In this document: positions 1 to 9,443 of the stretch, piece by piece
Position numbering within the stretch: the first letter of the stretch is position 1
Layout of the letters: every line of letters begins with the position of its first letter
DNA from: a virus
DNA length: 64,000 bases
Virus record (IMG/VR): IMGVR_UViG_3300027586_000004
Location: 30,844 to 94,843 of that record
Direction: 5' to 3' (one strand)
Translations under genes and position numbers: made by a program
Notes under the pieces: model-generated
What the model was told of the DNA's origin: nothing
What the model saw: the letters and a program-made list of their open reading frames with translations, nothing else
Databases searched by the model: none

Positions 1-1785
1 GACGGTTTTCCAAACTTCGTCCGTGTTTTTTTCATACTTCTTGAGAACCTCCTTGAGATAGGGGTTCTTGTAGGTGAACTTGCCTTTGGCGAGGTTCTTG
101 ACAAAGTAGTTGCTGTTGAGCGGTTCAATGCTGGGACTAACTTGTCCGAGGATGAAACTGCTTGAAGTCGTGGGCGCAACAGCAAGCGTCGTGACATTCC
201 TTCGCCCGTATCCTTTGAGCAGTTCGGGTTCGCCGTAGTCCTTGGCCATCTTTTCCGTGGCCTTGTCGGCTCTATCTCTTATTGTCTTCCATATCTCTGT
301 GTTGAGGAGTTTGGCTTGCATGCTCTCAAAGGCTATCATTTTGCTCTGGAGGTATGAGTGCCAGCCAAGGGCGCCTAGTCCGAGGGCCCTCTGGGAGATC
401 GCAAAATTTCTTGCGGCCTCCATGTACTTGACGCCCTCCGTCTTGCTTATGAACTCCTCGCATACGGCATCAAGAAACTGAACCATGGTTTCTACGGCAT
501 CCGTGTCCTTGATCTCATCCCAATGAAGAAGATTTAGGCTTGAAAGGACGCAGACGAACGAATTGTCCATGTCTGAGTAGAGTTGGATTTCCGAGCAGTT
601 CCCGGTCAGTATGCCGTTGAATACCGCCTTGTGTTCGATGGGTTCATTGACGCAGTATGTGTCGCTAGATCCATCGTCCTCAACGGAAAGAACTTCGGGT
701 CTGAACAGTCTGCCTTTTTCGTTGGCGAACGCAAGAAGTATGTCTCCGGGCTTTAGATCGGCAGCTCGCGCCTCTTTGCCGTCTTTTTTGCCGTCTTTGA
801 GATAGAACTTGTGGTATTCGGTTACCGAAAGGCTCGTTCTGAAGATTGTTTCCGTATCCTCGTCGTCAAACTCCCTCTTGATGAAGGTGATCTTTATAAG
901 TTTTTGGTTTTCGCCCGTCTTGACGACCTTTGTCTTTGACCACTGCTTCCCGTTCCAGACCTCAACTTCCCTGCCCTCGTTGTCCCCTATTTTTATTTCG
1001 CCGCTCTTGGTGAGCAGCATCGTGTCTGGGGATACGCAGAGGTTTGATGCTTTTATCTTGAGTTTCTTATCCTTGTAGACCTGCGGGGCGTTTTTGTTGG
1101 CGGTGTCGACAAACATGATGTAGGGATAGCCCGTCTCAAATCGCTTTTGGATGACCTTCGCCCATACTTTCCGCTTTTCTTTGTCTCCCTCCACAAGATC
1201 TTTCATGAACTTGTCGGTGACGGTGACTCCGATGCTCATGTTCTGAATGCTGTGGCCCTCGCTCCTTATCTGCAGGAATTCGTCTATGTCAGAATGTTCT
1301 ATGGGCATGTACGCGGCAAATGATCCTCTTCTTGCGCTTCCCTGGCTGATCACTTCTGCGACCTTGTCAAATATCTCCATGAAGTGAACCGCGCCGCTAC
1401 TCTCTCCTCCGACGCTGATCTTCGTTCCCCGAGGGCGGAGATCTCCAAAAAATCCGCTGGTTCCTCCCCCCATCTTGCTCATGATGCCCACCTCGGCCGA
1501 CTTTGTGAGGATAGCCTCCATGTTGTCGGATATGAAACTTCCGAAGCAACTCGCTGGGAGCCCCCGCTTGTTGCCGAAGTTGGTCCATACTGGCGTGGCG
1601 AGGGAGTAGAATCCCTTGCTCATGAAACTCTCAAATTTGTCCGCAAATCCCTTTATTTTGAGTATCTCTTCTGCCTTGTCGGCAATCTGCCGAACCCTCT
1701 GCTCCGGGGTGGTATCTGGCTCGAGATAGCCTCTCTCTAGAAAAATACGACTGTGCGCGTTCAACCAATAATATTCTTTGTTCAT
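1..1785 (-). CDS. nrdA: Ribonucleotide reductase class Ia alpha subunit, intein-containing, 3' end runs off the window
   Basis: Not in ORF track; manual translation starts MNKEYYWLNAHSRIFLERGYL and contains the SNL/CSEI catalytic motif split by an intein and LAVAPTTSSS; adjacent to nrdB. Confidence 0.95.
   Translation of the reverse strand, partial: MNKEYYWLNAHSRIFLERGYLEPDTTPEQRVRQIADKAEEILKIKGFADKFESFMSKGFYSLATPVWTNFGNKRGLPASCFGSFISDNMEAILTKSAEVGIMSKMGGGTSGFFGDLRPRGTKISVGGESSGAVHFMEIFDKVAEVISQGSARRGSFAAYMPIEHSDIDEFLQIRSEGHSIQNMSIGVTVTDKFMKDLVEGDKEKRKVWAKVIQKRFETGYPYIMFVDTANKNAPQVYKDKKLKIKASNLCVSPDTMLLTKSGEIKIGDNEGREVEVWNGKQWSKTKVVKTGENQKLIKITFIKREFDDEDTETIFRTSLSVTEYHKFYLKDGKKDGKEARAADLKPGDILLAFANEKGRLFRPEVLSVEDDGSSDTYCVNEPIEHKAVFNGILTGNCSEIQLYSDMDNSFVCVLSSLNLLHWDEIKDTDAVETMVQFLDAVCEEFISKTEGVKYMEAARNFAISQRALGLGALGWHSYLQSKMIAFESMQAKLLNTEIWKTIRDRADKATEKMAKDYGEPELLKGYGRRNVTTLAVAPTTSSSFILGQVSPSIEPLNSNYFVKNLAKGKFTYKNPYLKEVLKKYEKNTDEVWKTV
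598..1038 (-). mobile_element. Mini-intein (147 aa, no homing endonuclease) in NrdA just before the catalytic Cys
   Basis: In-frame insertion SNL|CVSPDTMLLT...VTEYHKF...DTYCVNEPIEHKAVFNGILTGN|CSEI: block A Cys1, block B TxxH, block F/G ending GN, +1 Cys. Confidence 0.92.
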
Positions 1786-1825
1786 TCTTTCTTTCTTTCT
1801 TTCTTATTAATTCAGTAGAGTTTGA

Positions 1826-2797
1826 TTAGAACAAGTCTTCTGCGTCGAAGCTTTTGGATTTTTTGGAATATTCCACGCTTCTTGAATGGAAAAAATCGGT
1901 GTTGTTGTTTCCTAGGACCTGCTCTTCAAACCACATCGTCTTGGAAAGAAGATCTTTGTCGACATCGAATATTTCGCGGTAGCCTATTTCTTTGAGGGAC
2001 TCATTCATTCTGTTTTTTATGAATTCCTTAAGGATGTTGGAGTTGAGCTTTTCTGAATCATAGCCGTTGACGATCCACTCCACGATCTGCATCTCGTATT
2101 TGAGTGCGTCCTTTGCCTCGGTGAGTATCTTTTCCTCTAGTTCCTCGTCAAAAAGTTCAGGGTGTTCCTTTCGGATCACATTTATCAATTTCATCCCTAT
2201 GATGGCGTGAAGAGCCTCTTCTCGGGACGTGTACTCCACTTGCTTGTTGGTGTCTTTGAGAACATTCTTATATCTCCCGAACCATCCGATGGTGTAGAAC
2301 TGAGAGAAAAGAGCGATGTTCTCTACGAACAAGGTGAAGAGGATGAGCGAGTATATAAACTGCTTCTTGTTGTCGGCGTGGAACTTGTGGAGGTGCTTCC
2401 TCAAATAGTTGACCCGGCCTTTGATGCAATCCAACTCGAGGATTTTGTCAAACGCATCATTTATGCCAAGGACTTCCAGGAGCCTTTCGTATGCGTCTCC
2501 GTGGATGACCTCTGTGTTTGCCATGACATAGCCCATGTCGTTGATGCTGGGGTGGGGCAAATTGTCTCCAAGCTTGGCCCAGAATTTCTTTACGCTGATC
2601 TCAAGCTGGCCAATTGTCGCGAGGGCTCGTGTGATTATCTCTTGCTCTTGTTTGGTCAGAGACACCCTGAAGTCTTGGACGTCGCTTGAGAAGCTGAATT
2701 CTTTGTCTGTCCAGAAGCCATTATGCATGGCCTCTATGAAATCCTGCGTCCAAGGGTACTTGTCGGGTTTGCGGCCTATCTGTTCTTCAAAAATCAT
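1826..2797 (-). CDS. nrdB: Ribonucleotide reductase class Ia beta subunit
   Basis: EVIHGDAY and SREEALH di-metal motifs, C-terminal TDFF...VEYSK. Confidence 0.95.
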   Translation of the reverse strand: MIFEEQIGRKPDKYPWTQDFIEAMHNGFWTDKEFSFSSDVQDFRVSLTKQEQEIITRALATIGQLEISVKKFWAKLGDNLPHPSINDMGYVMANTEVIHGDAYERLLEVLGINDAFDKILELDCIKGRVNYLRKHLHKFHADNKKQFIYSLILFTLFVENIALFSQFYTIGWFGRYKNVLKDTNKQVEYTSREEALHAIIGMKLINVIRKEHPELFDEELEEKILTEAKDALKYEMQIVEWIVNGYDSEKLNSNILKEFIKNRMNESLKEIGYREIFDVDKDLLSKTMWFEEQVLGNNNTDFFHSRSVEYSKKSKSFDAEDLF

Positions 2798-2836
2798 GTC
2801 TTCTCCTTGGTGTTTTGGTGAGGGTATGTAAGAATA

Positions 2837-4846
2837 TTAATTGAATTTTTTGAAATGTGTGAAGCCTTTTCTTTTTTCGAGGCTTATTAACTCACACCCA
2901 TCCAGCATTTCAAGCAGATTCTGATCGTGGGTGGTGATAAACACCTGCCTGTCCTTGGCTAATTCAAGAATCATGTTATATACCCCAACCACCCCTATTT
3001 GGTCAATGTTAGTTGTAACTTCGTCTAGAAAAACAAGACTGGGGTACATTCCCGAACTCAACATCATCACATGGGCGAACGCCTGAGACACCGCGAGGTT
3101 CAATCTTCTTCTTTCTCCGCCGCTCATCGCGTAATAGACGAACGGATCCCCGTCCGAAGGATTGCGCTCTATTTTCTCCTCAAGTTCGTTGTTGAATTCG
3201 AGGCTGATCTTTCCGTCTATGAGGAACTGAAGCCAGTAGGCCACTCTCGAGTTGAGGGCTGGAATAATCCCGTCAATGATGAACTTCCTGATTCCAGAAT
3301 CGCCGAAGGCCACCGACCAGAATTCGTAGTACGGAAGCTGCTTCTCCAGTTCGTCAAGCTCCTTGTTCCTCGAATTGAATTCCGACTCCCTTGCTTCTAT
3401 TTCTTCCGCCAGTTCGTCTATTATCTTCTTGAATGGGGTGTCCCCCTTCATCTCCTTCTTCTTGGCCGAAACTTGTTCGTTCAGTCCCTCCATCTGCTGC
3501 GTTATAAGCTGGTTCTTTATGTCCTTGCCCTGGGGCTTTTCCACCTTGTTGAGTTCGGCGAGTTCCTTTCTTTTTTCGGAAAGTTCTCTGGAGGATTTGT
3601 TTAGATTGTCCTTGGCCGATGATATACCGTCGGATATTTTAGAAAGCGTACCTGCAAGAGCCTTCAATTTTGAAGAAAGTCCATCCTTCTTTTCATTATC
3701 GGAACCCATTTCGGTCTGGAGCGATCCTATGTTCTCCAAAAGCTGTTCCGTGTACTTGTTGTAGTTCTCCTTTGAGACCTTTCCGAGGCAGAACTTGCAA
3801 GTGGCTCCCTCATTCTTCTCTAGTCTGCCGATTTCTTTCTGATTTTCCTCAATTTTTGACGAAAGGGCTTTTATTGAACTTGAAACGGTGTCGATGGAAA
3901 TGTTGCATTCGTTCTGTTTCTGCTTTATGCCCGAGGACTTCTCCTGTGCGAGGTCGAGAACTTCTTGAATTTTAAGTTGCTTGGCTTCGGCTTGCGGGAT
4001 TTCGGAATTCAATTCCTCTATCCTGGCCTGGGTCTGGTGGTACTTGGATGCTTCCGTGCCCTCCGAGGTGAGTTCGAGTTGCTCCTTGAGCGACCTTATC
4101 TTTGACAGAAGCGAATCAAGTTCGCTCTTCCTCTGAACCGTCCAACTGGACTCCTGCTCCTTGGCAGCCTTGATCCTTGACTTGGACTGCTCCAGCTGTT
4201 TGCGGGTGTTCTCGTAGTCTACCTGAAGAATCTTAATTGCATCCTTCTTTTCCTTCTTAAGATTTTTCGCCCTTTCGGCGAAGCCCTTGTATTTGTCCAG
4301 GGACAGGAGGTTCTCCACTATCTCGCGCTTGTTTGAGGCGTCGCACTCAAGAAAGCTTCCGGCATTGTTGTCGGTGAACACCACAATGTTGACAAATGTT
4401 TCATAGTTGATGCCAAGTTTCTCCTCGAGCAACTTCTGGGTCGCCGGCTGGCCGCCTAGGGTGATCTCGGTGGTGTCGTCCCATATTCCATCCGGACTTT
4501 CCCAGAGCCTCAAGGTGTCTGGTTTTCTTGTGCGGACAACCCTGAAGTCGCCCCACCTGACCTCCGTTTTCAGTCCCTTGCCGACCTGATTGTTTATGAC
4601 GTCCTTGTGGCTGATCTTTTTCGGGTGCTTTATGGTCTTGCCGAAGAGCGTGTAGACGATGATCTCGGGAATGCTACTCTTTCCCACCCCGTTGCTAGCG
4701 ACCCTAGACTCGCCGTCAACCACGTCTAGGTTGAATCCCTTGACGAGGACTATGTTGCCATGATCCTTGAAGGTGAGTTCAAGCGCCTCTGGGCCAAAGC
4801 AGAGGAAATTCTGGGCGTAGATGTATTTGATATCCAGGCTCTTCAT
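2837..4846 (-). CDS. SbcC/Rad50/gp46-like recombination ATPase
   Basis: Walker A NGVGKSS, coiled coil with CKFC zinc hook, MSGGE signature, LDE Walker B, ITTH; start at MKSLD gives ATGA overlap with the upstream nuclease stop. Confidence 0.93.
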   Translation of the reverse strand: MKSLDIKYIYAQNFLCFGPEALELTFKDHGNIVLVKGFNLDVVDGESRVASNGVGKSSIPEIIVYTLFGKTIKHPKKISHKDVINNQVGKGLKTEVRWGDFRVVRTRKPDTLRLWESPDGIWDDTTEITLGGQPATQKLLEEKLGINYETFVNIVVFTDNNAGSFLECDASNKREIVENLLSLDKYKGFAERAKNLKKEKKDAIKILQVDYENTRKQLEQSKSRIKAAKEQESSWTVQRKSELDSLLSKIRSLKEQLELTSEGTEASKYHQTQARIEELNSEIPQAEAKQLKIQEVLDLAQEKSSGIKQKQNECNISIDTVSSSIKALSSKIEENQKEIGRLEKNEGATCKFCLGKVSKENYNKYTEQLLENIGSLQTEMGSDNEKKDGLSSKLKALAGTLSKISDGISSAKDNLNKSSRELSEKRKELAELNKVEKPQGKDIKNQLITQQMEGLNEQVSAKKKEMKGDTPFKKIIDELAEEIEARESEFNSRNKELDELEKQLPYYEFWSVAFGDSGIRKFIIDGIIPALNSRVAYWLQFLIDGKISLEFNNELEEKIERNPSDGDPFVYYAMSGGERRRLNLAVSQAFAHVMMLSSGMYPSLVFLDEVTTNIDQIGVVGVYNMILELAKDRQVFITTHDQNLLEMLDGCELISLEKRKGFTHFKKFN

Positions 4847-5922
4847 TCCGTTTCCCTGCATATCTCCGTGCCGATCCTTATGAGCGTCTCCTTGTCGAGG
4901 CTCTCGGAGTTGGCTTGTTCTACGTACTTCTCAAGCATCTCCTCCTCCTTGTAGAGAATTGCCTTCGCGTCCTTGATTGCGTGATCCTCTTGTTTCTGAA
5001 CCTGCTTTATCTCGAGGGACGAAACCTTGGAGTTCTCAAGCAGGCCCTGCCGTATTTCCGTCATTTGCCTGCTCGTGATGTCCTCCACCTCCAGCCTCAC
5101 GAAGTGGCCTTCCAGGTCGTAGTCGGCGATCTCATTCTCCTTGAGGATGTAGTGCCTTGGGCTGAATGTGTTCTCTATGTACTCGCATTCCCCGTCCAAA
5201 GTGTCAAATACGACAACATGCTTGGACTGAAAGGCTTCTCCGAAGGAGAGCTGCAGGGGGGAGCCTACGTACTCCACCTTCTCGTCCAGTTTCTGCTCGG
5301 CGTGGTAGTGGCCGAGGAAAACTCTGTCCCAGTTGGAGAATATGTCGGATCCCACACGCACCATGTCTCCGTCATGTTCTATGGTGACTTCGGACACAGT
5401 CTTGTATTTGACGTTCCAGACGGCTCCGTCCACCGATATGTGTCCCCCGAGGACTTTCATGCATTTGCCTCCCTTGGCCTTCCAGTCCTTCTCCACGGCC
5501 TTGAGGTCTTCTATCGGGTTGTGTGTGTAGGGAAGGAATCCGAACGAGAATTCCTCGCTCCCTTCCTTGATTACTTCCACGCTGGGCGCGTTGATGACCT
5601 TGATTCCAGGGAGGCTCCTCAATGGGTTGACGCTGGAGACGTCAAGTTTCTGGTAGTGCCAGAGATCGTGGTTGCCAAGCAAAAGAAAGAGATTTTTCTT
5701 TCCATCAAGGTGTTTCTCTAGCACATCAAAGGTTTTCTGGTATGTGAGGACGTCTATCTTCTGCCGGTCGTGGAAGAGGTCTCCGAGGAAGACTATGTTC
5801 TTTATCTCCCTCTCCTTTGCGGTTCTGAACACCCAGTCCAGGACTTCAATGCAGTCGTCAAGCCTTTCCGAGGAGCGCTTGTGGGGGTGAATGTGGAGGT
5901 CGCTGAAGATTAGAACTTTCAT
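4843..5922 (-). CDS. SbcD/Mre11/gp47-like nuclease
   Basis: SDLH, GDLFH, GNHD, GHYH, YVGSP metallophosphoesterase motifs. Confidence 0.93.
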   Translation of the reverse strand: MKVLIFSDLHIHPHKRSSERLDDCIEVLDWVFRTAKEREIKNIVFLGDLFHDRQKIDVLTYQKTFDVLEKHLDGKKNLFLLLGNHDLWHYQKLDVSSVNPLRSLPGIKVINAPSVEVIKEGSEEFSFGFLPYTHNPIEDLKAVEKDWKAKGGKCMKVLGGHISVDGAVWNVKYKTVSEVTIEHDGDMVRVGSDIFSNWDRVFLGHYHAEQKLDEKVEYVGSPLQLSFGEAFQSKHVVVFDTLDGECEYIENTFSPRHYILKENEIADYDLEGHFVRLEVEDITSRQMTEIRQGLLENSKVSSLEIKQVQKQEDHAIKDAKAILYKEEEMLEKYVEQANSESLDKETLIRIGTEICRETE

Positions 5923-5957
5923 GGGCTTTCTGGACGCTCATTGTATCTAAAGTTTTC

Positions 5958-6287
5958 TTATTGTCCAGATTTCTTTAGAGACTTTTCTAGCGCCTTCCAC
6001 ACGTCCACGCTGTTGATCTTCTGAACCTTGGCTGCGGGTGCGGGAGGGGCTCCTCCTTCCGGCCCTAGCCCCGAAGACATACCTCCCATTGGCGGCCCTC
6101 CTAGACCCATTGGCGGCCCTCCTAGACCCATTGGCGGCCCTCCGCCTCCGCCTAGTCCGGGAGGTATTCCCATTCCGACGCCCGGACCGCCCTTAGGAGG
6201 TCCTCCACCCGGCGGACCTTTCGGGCCTCCTGGGGGTGGACCGGGGGGCGTCGCCTCCATCATCATATATTGGTAGAAAGTCTTCAC
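5958..6287 (-). CDS. Pro/Gly-rich low-complexity protein with capsid-targeting-like N-terminus
   Basis: GTG start, MKTFYQYMMME then PPG-rich tract. Confidence 0.7.
   Translation of the reverse strand: MKTFYQYMMMEATPPGPPPGGPKGPPGGGPPKGGPGVGMGIPPGLGGGGGPPMGLGGPPMGLGGPPMGGMSSGLGPEGGAPPAPAAKVQKINSVDVWKALEKSLKKSGQ
6085..6143. repeat. 21-nt coding tandem repeat, ~2.8 copies (encodes LGGPPMG)
   Basis: cccattggcggccctcctaga repeated. Confidence 0.9.
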
Positions 6288-6341
6288 GGACTTATATATG
6301 AACTATCTATATAATTAAGGACTGAACAAAGGAGGTTCAAA

Positions 6342-6518
6342 ATGAAAGACATGGATGCCAAGGATCTCGTGATCCTTCTTGTGACGGTATTTCTGCCCCC
6401 GTTGGGAGTGGCTATCAAATTCGGGCTCGGACTCAAGTTCTTGCTAAATCTAGCCTTGACTTTCCTCGGGTATGTTCCTGGGCTTGTCCACGGCGTGTAT
6501 GTCGTGCTCAAAGGTTGA
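6342..6518 (+). CDS. YqaE/Pmp3 (UPF0057) small membrane proteolipid, 58 aa
   Basis: Below ORF-track cutoff; MKDMDAKDLVILLVTVFLPPLGVAIKFGLGLKFLLNLALTFLGYVPGLVHGVYVVLKG with FLPPLGV and LGYVPGLVH motifs; AGGAGG RBS. Confidence 0.9.
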   Translation: MKDMDAKDLVILLVTVFLPPLGVAIKFGLGLKFLLNLALTFLGYVPGLVHGVYVVLKG

Positions 6519-7092
6519 TCTGCGGTATCTTTGAGGCGATCGTGTTCCAGTTCTTTTGAACCCAGTCGTGGAAGGCCTTTTCTGCGGCCTTGGGTCCGAT
6601 TTCGCTGGTCTTTCCGGTGGTCTGGAACTCAATCTCGTGGGTGGCCTCGTGGACTATCGTGCTGGCGATCTCCACGACGGCCTCCTTCGTGTCGCCCAGC
6701 TCCCTCACTATCCTCTGAACATTCACATGGATCACGTCCGACGGGACTATCTGCCTCTCGTCTATGTCGGGGATATATTGCTTTATGACCGCGTTGGGAA
6801 CCCTATTCAAGGCATTCTGCTGCATTACGTTCTGTCCGAATTTGAACTTAACCTTGTTCGTAACCGCTGGCCCTATGACCTTCTTGTTCTCGGAGGAGGT
6901 ATAAAGGCCGTAAACTCCGCTGTTCAGCGGGGCTATGGTGCTGATGTTGTTCAGTATTTTCTGGTTGGTTGCGCGGCCGTATAGCTGGACGAGTTTTATG
7001 GCGTACTTTGCCTTGTTATAGATGTGGTCTATCTTGCTCTGTACCTCGTCGGTACCCACGGTGTTTTCAAGCCAGTGTCTAAATCCTACCAT
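6508..7092 (-). CDS. Putative zinc metallopeptidase (HExxH) with capsid-targeting-like N-terminus
   Basis: Likely start MVGFRHWLE, 5 nt after a TATATA box; STIVHEATHEIE motif. Confidence 0.65.
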   Translation of the reverse strand: MVGFRHWLENTVGTDEVQSKIDHIYNKAKYAIKLVQLYGRATNQKILNNISTIAPLNSGVYGLYTSSENKKVIGPAVTNKVKFKFGQNVMQQNALNRVPNAVIKQYIPDIDERQIVPSDVIHVNVQRIVRELGDTKEAVVEIASTIVHEATHEIEFQTTGKTSEIGPKAAEKAFHDWVQKNWNTIASKIPQINL

Positions 7093-7121
7093 GGGCATAT
7101 ATACTGTATCTGGAGGTGAAA

Positions 7122-7328
7122 ATGCACATTGTAAGCGATTTTTGGTGGGTTTGGCTGTCGGTTTTTGTCCTTTCCGGGGCTTATATTTTACATGCAAGGA
7201 AAAAGGCCGCCGAGGGAGTTCAGGCACAGTTCGTCTTGACGGGGTGCCTTCTCATCGTCTTCTATTCGGTATGCTTCTTTTCGGGCATCTGTACAATCTT
7301 GAACTTTATTTGGAGATGGATTCTTTAA
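7122..7328 (+). CDS. Small two-TM membrane protein
   Basis: GGAGG RBS, two hydrophobic stretches, TAATG overlap with next gene. Confidence 0.6.
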   Translation: MHIVSDFWWVWLSVFVLSGAYILHARKKAAEGVQAQFVLTGCLLIVFYSVCFFSGICTILNFIWRWIL

Positions 7329-8707
7329 TGTCAAGGTTGATTTGCATATCAGGGAATTCGGGCGTGGGAAAAACCACGATTGCACAAATATTCAGATATT
7401 TTTTGGGGAGCAAAAATTGTTTGGCAATAAGTGGGGACGATCTTCATAGGTGGGAAAGGGGGAATGAGGCTTGGAAGACCATCACGCACCTAAATCCAGA
7501 AGCAAATGATTTAGATTTGGGCTACAAGCATATTGTTGACCTGAAAAGGGGCAAGTCCATTACAAGGTCAATATACAATCACGATACGGGAAAATTTGAC
7601 GACCCCTCTGTTTTTGATTCAAAGCCATGGATAATTTACGAAGGGCTTCATGCTCTTTACCATGAGCCGACACACAGAAAAGCTTTCATGAAAATATTCA
7701 TAGATGCCGAGGAGGATTTGAAAAATGAATGGAAAATCAAAAGGGACACAATAAAAAGAAAATACAAAAAAGAAGAAGTTGTAAAGCAAATAGAAAGAAG
7801 GAAGGCTGACGAGCGATTTATATTTGAACAGAAAAAAAATGCGGATGTATTGATTAAACTCGAAAAGTCAAAAGTTATAAATCTTCATTACAAGTGTACT
7901 GATCCTAATCACGAGCGAATTATGAAGTTCATTGTGGACTTTTATTACTCCATATTTGATTACCTTGACATTTCTTCTCGTTTGTCTATGGATTCAAATT
8001 TAATTCAATTCAAAGGAGGAAATATATCGGTAAAATCAAACGGAAAGATAATTGTAAAGACTTCGGGACAAAAAATTTCCGAGACAAATTTATCCAGCGG
8101 AATATCCATATGTGAAATAAGCAAGGGAAAATTCCAAAATGAAAAGCAGTACTCTGAATACATTTCTAGAATAAATACTTCAGAAAAAAATCCATCTTTG
8201 GAAAGTGGATTTCACATAAAATTGAACAACAAGTATGTAATTCATACACATCCCATTCACTTGAATGCAATATTGTGCAGTAATGAATCAAGGGCGATAA
8301 TAAAAGGAATGTTTAAAAACATGCCCTATCAGTTTGTTGAATACAAAACTCCTGGGGTTGATCTGTGCAATGCGATAGATCCAAATCCGCATGGAAATAA
8401 TATTTTTTTCTTACAAAACCACGGACTCATAGTTGGATCTAACGACAAAAAAAGTGCAATGGAAATAACGACAAAAATAAACGAAAGGTGCAAGCGTTGG
8501 ATCGGGGATCATGCCGAAAAATTCATAGACCTTCACAGAGCCAACAAGCGTCCTCTTTTTCCTGATGCCGTGATGTTCAAAGAAATGGAAGAGGTCAACA
8601 ACATAATACTATATCTTATGGAGACTTCTTGTCTAACCCCAAATTTTCTTGATAAAAATGAAATCAAACTAATAAAAATCTCTAGCCTAGAGAAGATCAG
8701 AAAATAA
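7328..8707 (+). CDS. Phosphoribulokinase/uridine-kinase-like P-loop domain fused to class II aldolase domain
   Basis: GNSGVGKTT, DDLHRWER, YEGLH; then GGNISVK, PSLE, HTHP, FLQNHG; the ORF-track start at 7022 is over-extended. Confidence 0.85.
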   Translation: MSRLICISGNSGVGKTTIAQIFRYFLGSKNCLAISGDDLHRWERGNEAWKTITHLNPEANDLDLGYKHIVDLKRGKSITRSIYNHDTGKFDDPSVFDSKPWIIYEGLHALYHEPTHRKAFMKIFIDAEEDLKNEWKIKRDTIKRKYKKEEVVKQIERRKADERFIFEQKKNADVLIKLEKSKVINLHYKCTDPNHERIMKFIVDFYYSIFDYLDISSRLSMDSNLIQFKGGNISVKSNGKIIVKTSGQKISETNLSSGISICEISKGKFQNEKQYSEYISRINTSEKNPSLESGFHIKLNNKYVIHTHPIHLNAILCSNESRAIIKGMFKNMPYQFVEYKTPGVDLCNAIDPNPHGNNIFFLQNHGLIVGSNDKKSAMEITTKINERCKRWIGDHAEKFIDLHRANKRPLFPDAVMFKEMEEVNNIILYLMETSCLTPNFLDKNEIKLIKISSLEKIRK

Positions 8708-9148
8708 CCTCTTGCACTCTAATGGAAAATCAGAACATACGCCATAAAAACCATATTTGTCAAAGTCAATCAGCGATTCCTTCGACAGCAAAGGTATTAC
8801 GAACTTGCTGTTCATTACTGTAAGATCGTGAGCCCATACATATCCGTTGCTTATCAAGACATAGGGGTCGGACTCGTGGAAGAAAAAAACCAAATCTGAT
8901 CCTAGAATCCATTCCAGAGCCGTTCTCTCTTTCACATGAATCCAAAGATTATTTCTTCTTTCGCGAAGCCATTCTTTTGAAACGGGGTGGTCGGCAGTAT
9001 CATGTCCTAGATGCGGGGTTCCACCTTTAATTCGCAGATCAATCTCCACATCAAACCCCATATCCAAAGCCTTTTGAATGTGTTCGGGCGAGTTTTCAAA
9101 AAAATTTTCGGGTCCGTTTATATTTCCTCTATGGGATATTATTTTCAT
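8687..9148 (-). CDS. Glycerophosphodiester phosphodiesterase-like protein
   Basis: IISHRGN, GFDVEID, LGHD, GVCSD. Confidence 0.75.
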   Translation of the reverse strand: MKIISHRGNINGPENFFENSPEHIQKALDMGFDVEIDLRIKGGTPHLGHDTADHPVSKEWLRERRNNLWIHVKERTALEWILGSDLVFFFHESDPYVLISNGYVWAHDLTVMNSKFVIPLLSKESLIDFDKYGFYGVCSDFPLECKRLFSDLL

Positions 9149-9443
9149 TGAAATCCTCAATTCTAAATGTCTTGTCGTCTATGAAAATGTCGTAATAGGG
9201 CTTATTGCACCAGACTTCATGACTTTTTACTCCCCATGACAAAAGTTGTGCCTTCGTGAACTCTGTCCAGTCTGTTCCCGTTCTACTTCCTCTTGCTGTC
9301 CAATATATAATTTTATGTCCCCGGTCATAAAGTTTGTTCATTTTATTGATGTTGTCCATGATTGGAGCTGACTTGTGATAATCTCTAGGGTTGTCTGGAG
9401 TAACACAAATCGTTTCGTCTATGTCTACAAAAATTACTTTCAT
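9129..9443 (-). CDS. HAD-superfamily phosphatase (capsule-biosynthesis type)
   Basis: DIDETIC, WTARG, KP..D.FIDDK. Confidence 0.85.
   Translation of the reverse strand: MKVIFVDIDETICVTPDNPRDYHKSAPIMDNINKMNKLYDRGHKIIYWTARGSRTGTDWTEFTKAQLLSWGVKSHEVWCNKPYYDIFIDDKTFRIEDFNENNIP

Noticed and set aside
7022-7327. N-terminal extension of the kinase-aldolase ORF and of the 6508..7227 ORF
   Set aside because: Region is better explained by divergent starts at 7092(-) and 7122(+) and a TAATG-coupled start at 7328
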